DNA of 64,000 nucleotides from Phyllobates terribilis (Eukaryota), in assembly GCF_046119375.1 (NCBI RefSeq), contig NW_027362764.1, forward strand, positions 394,444,001-394,508,000. Direction: 5' to 3'. The translations under genes were made by a program, and so were the position numbers. Of this stretch, positions 50,061 to 60,629 are shown piece by piece. Numbering within the stretch: the stretch's first letter is position 1; the number at the start of each line of letters is the position of its first letter. The notes below the pieces were generated by a model, which made no database searches, was not told the DNA's origin, and saw only the letters and a program-made list of their open reading frames with translations.

Positions 50061-52239
50061 ATCTCTGTTCTCCCTCTGATATCTAACATGCTGGAGAAAC
50101 TTGCACCTACTGCCACTCAGTATCTTCAGCTCCTTTGTGAGAAAGTAATGTATTTGAGCAGCCACTCAGTCTACCAAATAATGGTAATAAGTGGATGGCT
50201 TCGCTACTGGTACTGGGTGCCAACACCAAACCATTGGAAATATTCCAGACTGGTTGGAGCCAAGCTGATTCCCACAAGAAAGTACCAGCAGCAAGCTAAG
50301 GAGATGGTGGCCTCTATCATCATCACGACCTCACCTCGGCACTATGAAATCTCCTGATGGAGAAGCCAGAGCCCACTGGAGGAGTCTCCAGTTTTCAGGT
50401 GGGCCCGTCCAACCCTGCCGAGAAGCAGCCCTGGCTAAGAAAAGTGTGTGGGAAGGTTCCTGGACGCTTTATGGCTGCTTTTTTTTTTCCTTTTACTGTG
50501 GACTGGCTCCGCACTGTCCCTAGCCACATTCACCTGTTCACGTGTTTGTGGTTAGGCAGTCCTTCTCAGTAAGTGCACTGGGGAGGACACGGGTAATATT
50601 CTGGGACCCGCGCTTGTGGAAGGCAGAGACAACACTGGGAGAAATAGTGGTGGCTGTGGACCGAGTATGGACACCCGGCCACCGCCGGCATGAATTTGTG
50701 AAAAGCTTCCACCTCCCCGAGCCTAAAAGGCAACATTTCAAGTGCAAGCAGTCCAGAAATGTGTCAGTTTAATATTGCGGCCTGTAGGTGGGTGGGTGGC
50801 TGGCTGCATACTTGCGCTTGCATTCCAAGTGACACAAAGCTAAGGAGATGAATGATTCAACCATCATGAATAATTTGGTTGTTGTCTAGAAGACCGAGCA
50901 CAATATTAACCCAGTCACATGTGTCAGTGAGATGTACCATCCCTGGCCACATTCACTTGTCCACGTGTTTGTGGTTAGGCAGTCCTTCCCACTTAAGTGC
51001 ACTGGGAAGGTCACGGGTAATGTTCTGGGACTCACGTTTGTGGAAGGCAGAGATGATACTGGGAGAAATAGTGGCGGCTGGGGACCAAGTATGAACACTC
51101 GTCCGCCGCCATGAGGTTGTAAAAAGCTTCTGCCTTCGCGAGCCTAAAAGGTAGCATTTTAAGTGCAAGCAGTCCAGAAATGTGTCAGTTTAGTATTGCG
51201 ACTTGTGAGTGGGTGGCTGGCTGGCTGCATACTTGCACTTGCACTCCAAGGACTGTGGTAGGGACAACTGAACGCTGCAAAGGGACAAGGACGTGGACGA
51301 TGATAGTTGCAAGTCTGCAATGACAGGTGCAGTGCAGGAGGCATCTTTGCATGTGCCATGGACAGGGGATTGGCATGTACACACAACAACGGAATAGGCA
51401 GTGGTGTCACCCGCAGACACTGTTTCTGGACCTTGGTGTTCGGTCCAGCTAGTCAGGTGCTTTGCTGCCATGTGCCTGAGCATGCTGTTGGTGGTCCGGC
51501 TGGTAGTTTTGGTGCTCTTGCTGATGCTGGCCTGGCAGATGTTGCAAATAGCCTTTTGGGGTTATCTAAACAGTCTTTAAAAAAGAACCAGACTTGGGAA
51601 GACCAAACAGTTGTTCGGGCAACGTCCGTCGTGTTGGTGTTCCGTGGAGCATTTGCCCGCCTTGTGTCTGTGGCCACCACATTGCTTGTTCCTCCCTGTT
51701 GTGGTGCTATGCCTCCCTCCCCCTGTGTGCTGCTGTCCTCACTCTACATGTCCCCTTGCCAGGTTGGGTTAGTGACTTGTTTTCCACTTCCGCACCCTGG
51801 TCCTCCTCCTGACTTTCTGTCCATTGTGTCTCATCATTATCCACCTCTTGCGACAGTATTTGCACTTTACCACCATCACCTTCGGATGACCATGGCTCCA
51901 CAAATCGCTACATATGATTTTCTGTTGCCCTGCTCGAAGCTGGCCGGTCGAGAGGCCCAAATTTATCGATGGAAAAGTGAACAGCTCTTGGGGTAACCCA
52001 GGACTCTAATCTCGCCTTCAAACTACAAATCCAAGCTCTTTCCACTTCCGAGCTGACCAAGCGAGAGGCCAGGATCTATAAATGGAAAGATGAACAAAAC
52101 AGCTCTTTGAAGTGTCCAAGTCTGGGATAAGTTGTCTCGAGGCACTCGGAATGGTGGGAGGAAGGAGTATCAGGGTAAGGAAGATGCCAACTCCAAGTAA
52201 AAAAAAATCTCCTGCATCCGCACATTCCTCAACCACGAA

Positions 52240-52955
52240 TCTACAAAAACACTAATGCGCTCATCATCTCCCTTCTCGACATCTGCAATGTCCTGCTCTG
52301 TGGCCTCCCTTCTAACACTCTCTCGCATTCCTCCTCTATCCTAAACTCTGCTGCCCAACTAATCTACCTGTCCCCTCGCTATTCCCTGTCCTCTCCTCTC
52401 TGTCAATCCCTTCACTGGCTCCCCATTACCCAGAGACTCCAGTTCAAGACCCTAACCTTGGAAGGCAAAGCTATCCACCACTTGTCTCCTCCATACATCT
52501 GTGACCTAGTCTCCCAGTAGTTACCTGCACACAACCTCCGATCCTCACAAGATCTCCTTCTCTTCTCCTCTCTTATCTCCTCGCATACAAGATTTCTCCC
52601 GTGCATCCCCCCTTCTCTGGAACTCTCTACCCAACCATTTCTGACTCTCACCTACTGTTGAAACCTTTAAAAGGAAGCTGAAGACCCACCTCTTCTGACA
52701 TGCGTAAAACCTGCAGTAACCCTCGCTTTACTATACCTCTGGAAGACCTTCTCTATCCTCACCTAGTGTGTCCTCACCCATGCCTTGTAGACTGTGAGAC
52801 CTCGTGGGCAGGGTCTCTCCCCTCTCCTGTACCAGTCACTGTCACATTTTTGTCACATTTTTGCTCAAGATTATTGTAATTGTTTTTGCAATGTATTCCC
52901 CTTTTTCACATATAAAGTGCAATGGAATAAATGGCGTTAAAGTAATAATAATAAT
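52240..52955 (+). mobile_element. L2-clade LINE 3' fragment
   Basis: LIISLLDICNVLLCGLP...LCQSLHWLPITQRLQFKTL, a 3' UTR and an (AAT)n tail. Transposase remnant resumes on both sides. Confidence 0.85.
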
Positions 52956-53123
52956 GTGAGCCAGACTCACATCTACTGAGACTGGACCATGTGGAACACA
53001 GGGTGGTGGTGGTGGCGGCAAACTGACTGGAAACTTTATCTGCTATCCAACCAACAACCTTTTCACACTGCTCTGGCAACAATAGTGGTGTTCTGCGGCC
53101 CCCTAGAAATTGGGACATGAAGG

Positions 53124-53355
53124 TAGTTTGACATGAGCAAATTTGTTTGGCATTTCAAATTCAGGTTTGTGTTCGGGGTTCCGGCTTGTCGTGGCAAAAA
53201 ATCGGCTCCACCCACGAACATCCCTAATTTGCTAAGCTGTCACGCAGATGCCAAAATATCGGCTTTGCCCACGAACATCCCTGATTTGCCACGCTGTCAC
53301 GCAGATGTTAACACGAACACGAATTTGAAATGCTGAACAAATTCTCTCAACACTA
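53124..53355. mobile_element. Small hAT-type TIR pair nested in hAT-C
   Basis: TAGTTTGACATGAGCAAATTTG..GCATTTCAAATTC / GAATTTGAAATGC..AAATTCTCTCAACACTA; two ~52-bp internal repeats; no matching TSD. Confidence 0.5.
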
Positions 53356-55869
53356 ACCATCACCATAATCTCCACTTCCCCATCTCTTGACACACACCTT
53401 GCCCATTTTAAATGGGGTTTAAGATTTGTCACGTTGCCAAAAATGTCTGTATTATTACCGCAGTAATATAGGATCACGTCTGATGAAATGACCACAGTTT
53501 TAGGCAGTGCCCTGGGAGTCAGAGATGCTTCCAGGGGTCTTTCCCATGCTGTTCCCATGTCACAAACCACATGGCCAGAAAAGGTTGTAAAATGTTAAAA
53601 TGACATTTCCCGGTGAATGCATTTGTCTTGGTTCAAAGCACTGCAAAAGTGCAAAACCGCATCAAAAATGCTACGTGTGAACATAGCCCAAGGTGTGGAG
53701 GAGCATTTTTGTTTTTGGTTATTTATTTTGACTTATATACAAGTTATTACCCTGGAAAGGATGTTCCTTAACATATTTCCCAGGAAAATCCATTTTGGTT
53801 TAGTTTTTGTATGTTTTATTATGAGCCCCTAAAAGTGGCGTAATACCACTGACAACATTGTTGACAGCAGTGACCTGGGAGTCATAATTGCTTCCAGGGG
53901 TGTTCCCCATGCTGTTCCCATGCCATTTGAGCATCGATTTAGGCAATTTTTAGGCCCTCTGCAGACAGCTGGGGAGGGTGGGGGCACCAGAAAAATGCTC
54001 GAGTTTCCCATAGACTTACATTGGGCTCGTTACTCGGACCAAGCACTCGAGCATTCAAATTTGCTTGACCCAAGCAACGAGTACCCGAGCATTTTCGTGC
54101 TTGATCATCACTAATAATAATGAATAGTTTTAAAACACACAAGCAGTAGTTAAGTAAAAATAGAAATCCCCTTTATTATTAGAAAAGATAAACAGATTTA
54201 ATCAGATGTATTATCAATGAATATTGTTGACCTCAGACATTATTAGACTTATTTAAAAACTATTACAAAAGATTTTTTAAACAGTGATACCCCAATACTG
54301 ACACCAGAGCGAGGGGTCAAGCGGTTTAAACTTTCTGGTAATTGATTCATATTTTCAACCTCTGCTCTATTTGTTGTTTTTGAGACAGTCAAAAATAGCC
54401 AGGCGTTGTGCTATGATTTATCTAGCAGTCCAACAGACAATAAATAGAGCTCCTTCACTATATTCAAGACAGAATTCTGGATCATCCCATTTTGGGATCA
54501 CTGCACAGTCTCATGCAGGAGTGCTGAGCAAGTAATTTCCTTTCTCTCATGTTCGATCTCCACTCCTTTTGTTGCCGAGGAAAATGCTTGGCTATTTTTG
54601 GCCGTCGAATAGATAATAAATAGAGCTGAGGTTGAGAATCTTCACTTCTTTCAATACAAGCTCTGTAGAGCTTGGTTCTCCGGTTCCTGAGCCTTGTTCT
54701 TTGAATTACTTGGATTGCTTGAGGTCCACAGGGATCATTATCCCTTATCCTAAGGACCAAAAAGTGTTTGCTCTTAGATGGTGAGCTTTGGAGGAAGTCA
54801 ATGGTAACCATAAGGAGCAACTTAAAGTGAAATTCCTGCAATGGCAGACATATTGGACTTTGTTAAATTTTTATTCTTTGAAATTGGTGAGCAAAAGAAC
54901 TCACTAAAATAACAAATATTGTTATTTTAATGCCTATATAAAACTGTAAAATATACTAACTATTATGTTGATCGTTCCTTGTAGGAAAATACAGAGGACA
55001 TTTATTACTGATAAAGCATCTATCACAGATGGATTGTGTAGTATGAGTAATTGGTACAACATAATCTTAACCTTTTGAGACATTTCTTTGATATTCTGTC
55101 CTGAGTTTGCCTGATGATTGTTATTGTGTCTTTTTGTTTGTTGTTGTTTTTTTTGTTGCTTTTTATACTTTTTATAAAATATGGATAAAGGATAACTTAA
55201 TATTGCAAACCTTTTAAAATGAATTCACTGATGTTAGCCACATTTTCTATGGATTACATGTTTGCTTTGTTAAAAATATTTTACTATTTCTTGGCAATTT
55301 TTAAACATAATCTTTCACACTACACAAAAATACAAAATACCACAAAAACAAAAGTATTTACAAGTAAGTATGTAAAGGATGCCAAAGTATGTCCCCACGC
55401 ACCGTCTGAGCATCTTGTGCAACAACTTGTAAAGGGTTGGCCATAGTAAACAGCAACAGCACACTCTTGCCCTGACAGGGTAGCTAGGCAAGCTATGATG
55501 GCAATTTCCCTGGGTGCAGGAGATGGTGTCATTGTCACAATAGGTGTAGTGTTTAATGCCATTTCATGGGTGTTCATATGAGATGTCTGAGAGCTTTTAA
55601 GTTGACACTGAGAAGGAGTAGGCTTTGTCTTTTCTGTTGAAAAGCCATCAATAGGATGATATCTAAGTAATATCTTTTCATGGGTCACCTGAAGTTTTGA
55701 CAGGATCCCCAAGTTGGAGGAGTGTCAGAGTAAAGAAGTGGGGAAAACCTGAGTATCATGAAGAAGAGGCAATCAGTGAATTAGCTAAGGAAAGTATCCC
55801 GTGTATTGGTTGGCTTTATGAATCTATCAGCACTGCAGAAGGTCAACTGTAAGAGAATACAGAGAAAAT

Positions 55870-56430
55870 TCCTATAAGATGTACTTTTTTCTCCCAAAAT
55901 TTGGGAGGATAATGAGGCATGTGTCTTTTAGTCCGAATACAAGCTTACTAAGGGGTTGCGACAGTGGTGGAGCAGGGTCCCATCCTCAGGAAGCCACCTG
56001 CAGCAGAAGTGTGGCGATGCTGCTGGTCCAGTGAGCAGAGTGGAGTACATCATTGCTTTCTCAATGGCCATTTTCCTGGAGCCGTTGGCCACCGGAGGCT
56101 GCGTGTGCGCAGATTGGGATCTCGGCCCGGCCGAGATGTCAATCTGCGTATGCGCTGCCTCCGGCAGCCATTCCCTGGAGCCCATGGCTCCACGCAATGC
56201 ACTCTGCTCTGCCTCAGCCCCGACACTGGGCCCGCAGCATCGCACCACTGGGATACCCCCTCCTCACACCCAGGGCCCTCAGCATTGCCCCACTTCTGCT
56301 GCTGCCGGTTCCTGCTGCTGCCACCCCCAGGTAAGATACTATAAATTCGGACTATAAGACAGACCCCCATCTTATAAAAATCTTTTTTTTTTATATTTTC
56401 CACCCCAAAATTTTGGGTGTGTCTTAGACA
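55870..56430. mobile_element. Second, more decayed copy of the pogo/Tc2-like MITE
   Basis: Shares CCCCAGGTAAGATA..CAGACCCCCAT..TTTTCCACCCCAAAATTT and CCCAAAATTTGGGAGGA with 17122-17862. Confidence 0.65.
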
Positions 56431-56480
56431 CTTTCTAAGGTTCATCCGCCCATAGGGCATAGTTTACTAGAAAAGTAGTA

Positions 56481-58050
56481 CAGTCATGGCCAAAAGTTTT
56501 GAAAATGACACCAAAATTATATTTTCACATGATCTGCTGGCCTCTGTTTTTTTTTAGTGTTTGTCTGATGTTTATATCACATACAGAAATATAATTGCAA
56601 TCATATTATGAGTACCAATAGGTTATATTGACAGTTAGAATGAGTTAATGCAGCAAGTCAATATTTGCAGTGTTGCCCCTTCTTCTTCAAGACCTCTGTA
56701 ATTCTCCCTGGCGTGCTCTCAATCAACTTTTGGACCAAATCCTGACTGATAGCAGTCCATTCTTGCATAATCAATGCTTGCATTTTGCCAGAATTTGTTG
56801 GTTTTTGTTTGTCCACCCGTCTCTTGATGATTGACCACAAGTTCTCAATGGGATTAAGATCTGGGGAGTTTCCAGGCCATGGACCCAAAATCTCTATGTT
56901 TTGTTCCATGAGCCATTTAGTTATCACCTTTGCTTTATGGCAAGGTGCTCCATAATGCTGGAAAAGGCATTGTTGGGCGCCAAACTGCTCTTGGACGGTT
57001 GGGAGAAGTTGCTCTTGGAGGACATTCTGGTACCATTCTTTATTTATGGCTGTGTTTTTAGGCAAGACTGTGAGTGAGCCGATTCCCTTGGCTGAGAAGC
57101 AACCCCACACATGAATGGTTTCAGGATGCTTTACAGTTGGCATGAGACAAGACTGGTGGTAGCGCTCACCTCTTCATCTCCGAATAAGCTGTTTTCCAGA
57201 TGTCCCAAACAATTGAAAAGGGGATTCATCAGAGAAAATGACTTTGTGCTAGTCCTCAGCAGTCCACTCCCTGTACCTTTTGCAGAATATCAGTCGGTCC
57301 CTGATGTTTTTTCTGGAGAGAAGTGGCTTGTTTGCTGTCCTCCTTGAAACCAGCCCTTGCTCAAAGAGTCTCCGCCTCACAGTGCGTGCAGAAGCACTCA
57401 CACCAGCCTGCTGCCATTCCTGAGCAAGCTCGGCACTGCTGGTAGTCCGATCCCGCAGCTGAAACAGTTTTAAGATACGGTCCTGGCGCTTGCTGGTCTT
57501 TCTTGGGCGCCCTGGAGCCTTTTTGACAACAATGGAAGCTCTCTCCTTGAAGTTCTTGATGATGCGATAGATTGTTGATTGAGGTGCAATCTTTGTAGCT
57601 GCGATACTCTTCCCTGTTAGGCCATTTTTGTGCAGTGCAATGATGGCTGCACGTGTTTCTTTAGGGATAACCATGGTTAACTGAAGAGAAACAATGATAC
57701 CAAGAACCAGCCTCCTTTTAAAGTGTCCAGTGATGTCATTCTTACTTATTCATGACTGATTGATCGCCAGCCCTGTCCTCATCAACACCCACACCTGTGT
57801 TAATGGATCAATCACTAAAACGATGTTAGCTGCTCCTTTTAAGGCAGGACTGCAATGATGTTGAAATGAGTTTTGGGGGTTAAAGTTCATTTTCTGGGCA
57901 AATATTGACTTTGCAAGTACAGTAATTGCTGTTAAGCTGATCACTCTTTGACATTCGGGAGTATAGGCAAATTGCCATTACAAAAAATGAAGCAGTAAAC
58001 TTTGGAAAAATTACTATTTGTCTCATTCTCAATACTTTTGGCCATGACTG
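56481..58050 (-). mobile_element. Tc1-like transposon, DD35E (Traveler type)
   Basis: TA flanks; TIRs CAGTCATGGCCAAAAGT / ACTTTTGGCCATGACTG. Confidence 0.93.
56658..57674 (-). pseudogene. DD35E transposase, inactivated
   Basis: One reading frame with two nonsense codons (57249-57251 and about 57175). FSDES, QHYGAP (second D changed to Y) and SPDLNPIE, with 35 residues of spacing. Confidence 0.9.
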
Positions 58051-58598
58051 TATATCCTAGTATTTAATACCGTGGACCAAAAATATGCCAAATAAAAGGC
58101 AGTGTACACTTAGATTAGGCAGTCTTAAAAAAGCATTGAAAATTTATCCTGCCATCAGGATTTACCTAAAAAACCCTGGGCCACAAGGTTCTTCAGCCCT
58201 CTAATATATTCTTAACAAGAGTACTATATTTCTAAGGCATCACACATTCTTTAGAAAAAAAGCTTTGAAGTCATCCAGTGCCATATTCTAATGAGTAGCA
58301 AGCAACCCAATGAGTGTTTCATCAGTGTTTCTGTAGATGAAGTCCCCACTCTGTTTTGTAATGCTCCTCCTCATGATTGACATGGATGACTTCTACTTCA
58401 TCCATAAAGTCAGCAAAGCCTAAGCCTGTGCATGTACAGGATGTCTCCCTTATATAATTTTGTTCACTTTGTATGTGTAATTAAGAATATATTTATAACT
58501 GGATAGACTTTATTAAAGCTCCAATATCACAAATGATAAAAAAACTGTTTTGCAAAAAGGAAATTTAATTGAATAATTTCAAATATTTCACTCATAAG

Positions 58599-58802
58599 TA
58601 GAGATGAGCGGATCATTTGAAATAAAAATTTGTGAGGTTCTGCAAATTTTCCCCAAAAAATAGATTTGTGGCAAATTTGAGAGAAAGATAAAGATATGTC
58701 GAGTATTTTTTATTAATAATTTTGCAATCTTTGCAGGAATCTGCGAACTTCCGGAATTTCAACTCAAAGTCAATCCTCCACGGATCTAACCACTCATCTC
58801 TA
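58599..58802. mobile_element. hAT-type MITE (204 bp)
   Basis: TAGAGATGAG(C) / (A)CTCATCTCTA; flanks CTCATAAG/CTCATGAA (6 of 8 match). Confidence 0.75.
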
Positions 58803-58803
58803 C

Positions 58804-60009
58804 TCATGAATATAATCAATGGTTAAAAAAGAAGTCACATATAGATCACTTCTGAAATCTCACCCCCAGTCAAATTAATTCAGCAGCTGAGATAGAAACG
58901 TAAGCCACATTCACACGTTCAGTATTTGGTCAATATTTTACATCATTGTCTCCAACAATTGGCTTGCCAGGGTGCAGCCTGAAGGTAATCATAAGTGTGG
59001 GCATTGCAACTTTTGTCAATTTCACCTAACGTCAAAATCATTTCAAATAGGAGTTATAATGCATAGAGTCCGGGATTTCATCACTTGTCGCAACTGTTAT
59101 GTGGTGTACATAGTTTTTTTCTCTTGTGGCTTCTATTATATAGGCAAAATCATTCAGCCACTGTTTGTCCGATTTTGTGAGCATTACAAATCTATTGAGA
59201 CTAGAAATGGGTCTCAAAGATTGATCCAACATATTTGAGGGGTGCACGGAGGTAACCCAAAATTTCTTCATTTCGAAGGTGTCGAAAAGGTCCAATTACC
59301 CGGACAAGGAGGAGATCTCCATAAACTCCTAGCTCCTAGTCAGAAGAGAGGCTTGGTGGATTATGCGTACTCGAGCTCAGGGTCCGAGGGGCTTCAATGA
59401 TAAATTGGACATGTCTGTTTTTGTATAAAATGGATATAAATGTTTGTTTTTAATTGTTTTAACTTACCTGTTTGTGATGGATTTGTTGAGGGTAAGATCT
59501 TTTGTTTGCAATGGTGGTGGTGTTTTTGCTATGAGAATGATGAGATGTTGAGGGCGGGACTTCGTTATAAGCCCGCTGTTCGTCACTTCCCCATACCATA
59601 GGACCCGTTGAAGAGTAATCTATGTGAAATGGCCTTCGTCCGACATGTGCTCCACATGCCTCCCTGTTTTTGGGTTTTAACTATGAAATAAAGATTTGCT
59701 TTTACGGCCCAGTGAGTGCCATCAATTCTTCTACTTGGGGCTTTTGAACTGTTGTTTTCTGCAATGAGCACTGGGGTCCCGAGGGTTAGGTGGACTTCAC
59801 ATTCGCTGAAATTGCTGAGTGCCACTACAAGGTGGAACACCAGAGCCGGCACTGTTTCTTTTTTGCTTCATGAATATAATCAATGGTTAAAAAAGAAGTC
59901 ACATATAGATCACTTCAGAAATCTCACCCCCAGTCAAATTTATTCAGTAGCTGAGATGCAAACTTAGGCCACGTTCACACGTTCAGTGTTTGGTCAATAT
60001 TTTACATCA
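58804..60009. repeat. 142-bp direct duplication (58804-58945 and 59868-60009) flanking a Penelope-like fragment
   Basis: Both copies run from TCATGAATATAATCAATGG to TATTTTACATCA with few mismatches. Confidence 0.9.
58946..59867 (+). mobile_element. 5'-truncated Penelope-like element (GIY-YIG endonuclease plus 3' region)
   Basis: ORF 58972-59238: KCGHCNFC zinc motif, ITC..YVVY..CGFYYIGK..RFCEH, matching the zinc-motif-bearing GIY-YIG of Neptune-type PLEs. Confidence 0.8.
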
Positions 60010-60157
60010 GTAAAAGCCCAAACCAGGAAAAAATGAAAAATACAGAAGTGGTGCACATGTTTCTACTATATTTTTCCACTGGCTGTTCCACTCCTGATTT
60101 TGGCTTACAAATACTGATGTGAAAAACTCACCAAATACTGAACATGTGAATGTGGCC
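59967..60157. mobile_element. PIF/Harbinger-like MITE
   Basis: GGCCACGTTCACACGTTCAGT / ACTGAACATGTGAATGTGGCC. Confidence 0.7.
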
Positions 60158-60485
60158 TCCGAGGGTTAGGATCTGTTCCCTAGCCTATAGTAAAGCAATC
60201 AGTAGGAACTCTGACCCAATGGTCCATGTAAATAAGACTACCTCTTTAGGGCTTGTACAAATGACCAACAAAACATCAGATCACACTCAGACCAATGCTA
60301 TTTTACGGGGTCGTCTATATGTATGATTTTTTCCTTGGACTGAGCCAGTCAGAGGAAAAAATTGCAACATGCTCCAGTTCAATCTGATTACTAGATCACA
60401 CTTGTCAATGCAAATCAATGAGTTCATGGAAAAAATCAGACTGCACTCAGATGAAATATGACAAGACATCTGACAAGAAGATTAG

Positions 60486-60599
60486 GCTCATATACAGAAC
60501 AAACAAGTTTCTTGGGATATCCCTTCTCCTTGGGAGTTCTGCTATCCAGATAAAAGGAAAAGGGATATCCCAAGAAACTTGTTTGTTCTGCATATGAGC
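60486..60599. repeat. Near-perfect 40-bp inverted repeat with 34-nt loop
   Basis: 60486-60525 versus 60560-60599, one mismatch. Confidence 0.9.
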
Positions 60600-60629
60600 G
60601 TAATCTTCTTCTGACCCAGAATGATTGCT

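Larger units (their letters stand above)
49790..53120 (-). pseudogene. Antisense degenerate hAT transposase remnants in hAT-C, interrupted by SINE and L2
   Basis: Minus-strand pieces FLGGRRTPLLLPEQCEKVVGWIADK, VWFFFKDCLDNPK, MLRHMAAKH, SVQLSLPQSLECKCKYA and CLTTNTWTSECGQG. Duplicated spacer at about 49810 and 50357. Confidence 0.8.
43321..54113 (+). mobile_element. hAT element C (10793 bp), non-autonomous, same family as A in opposite orientation
   Basis: TIRs TAGTGATGAGCGAAC / TGATCATCACTA; perfect TSD ATAATAAT (43313-43320, 54114-54121). 43321-43600 is the reverse complement of A's right end, and 53360-54113 of A's left end. Confidence 0.93.

Noticed and set aside
59595-59645. Functional hammerhead in the first PLE fragment
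   Set aside because: Core C3 is mutated and stems I and II do not pair convincingly; kept only as a remark.
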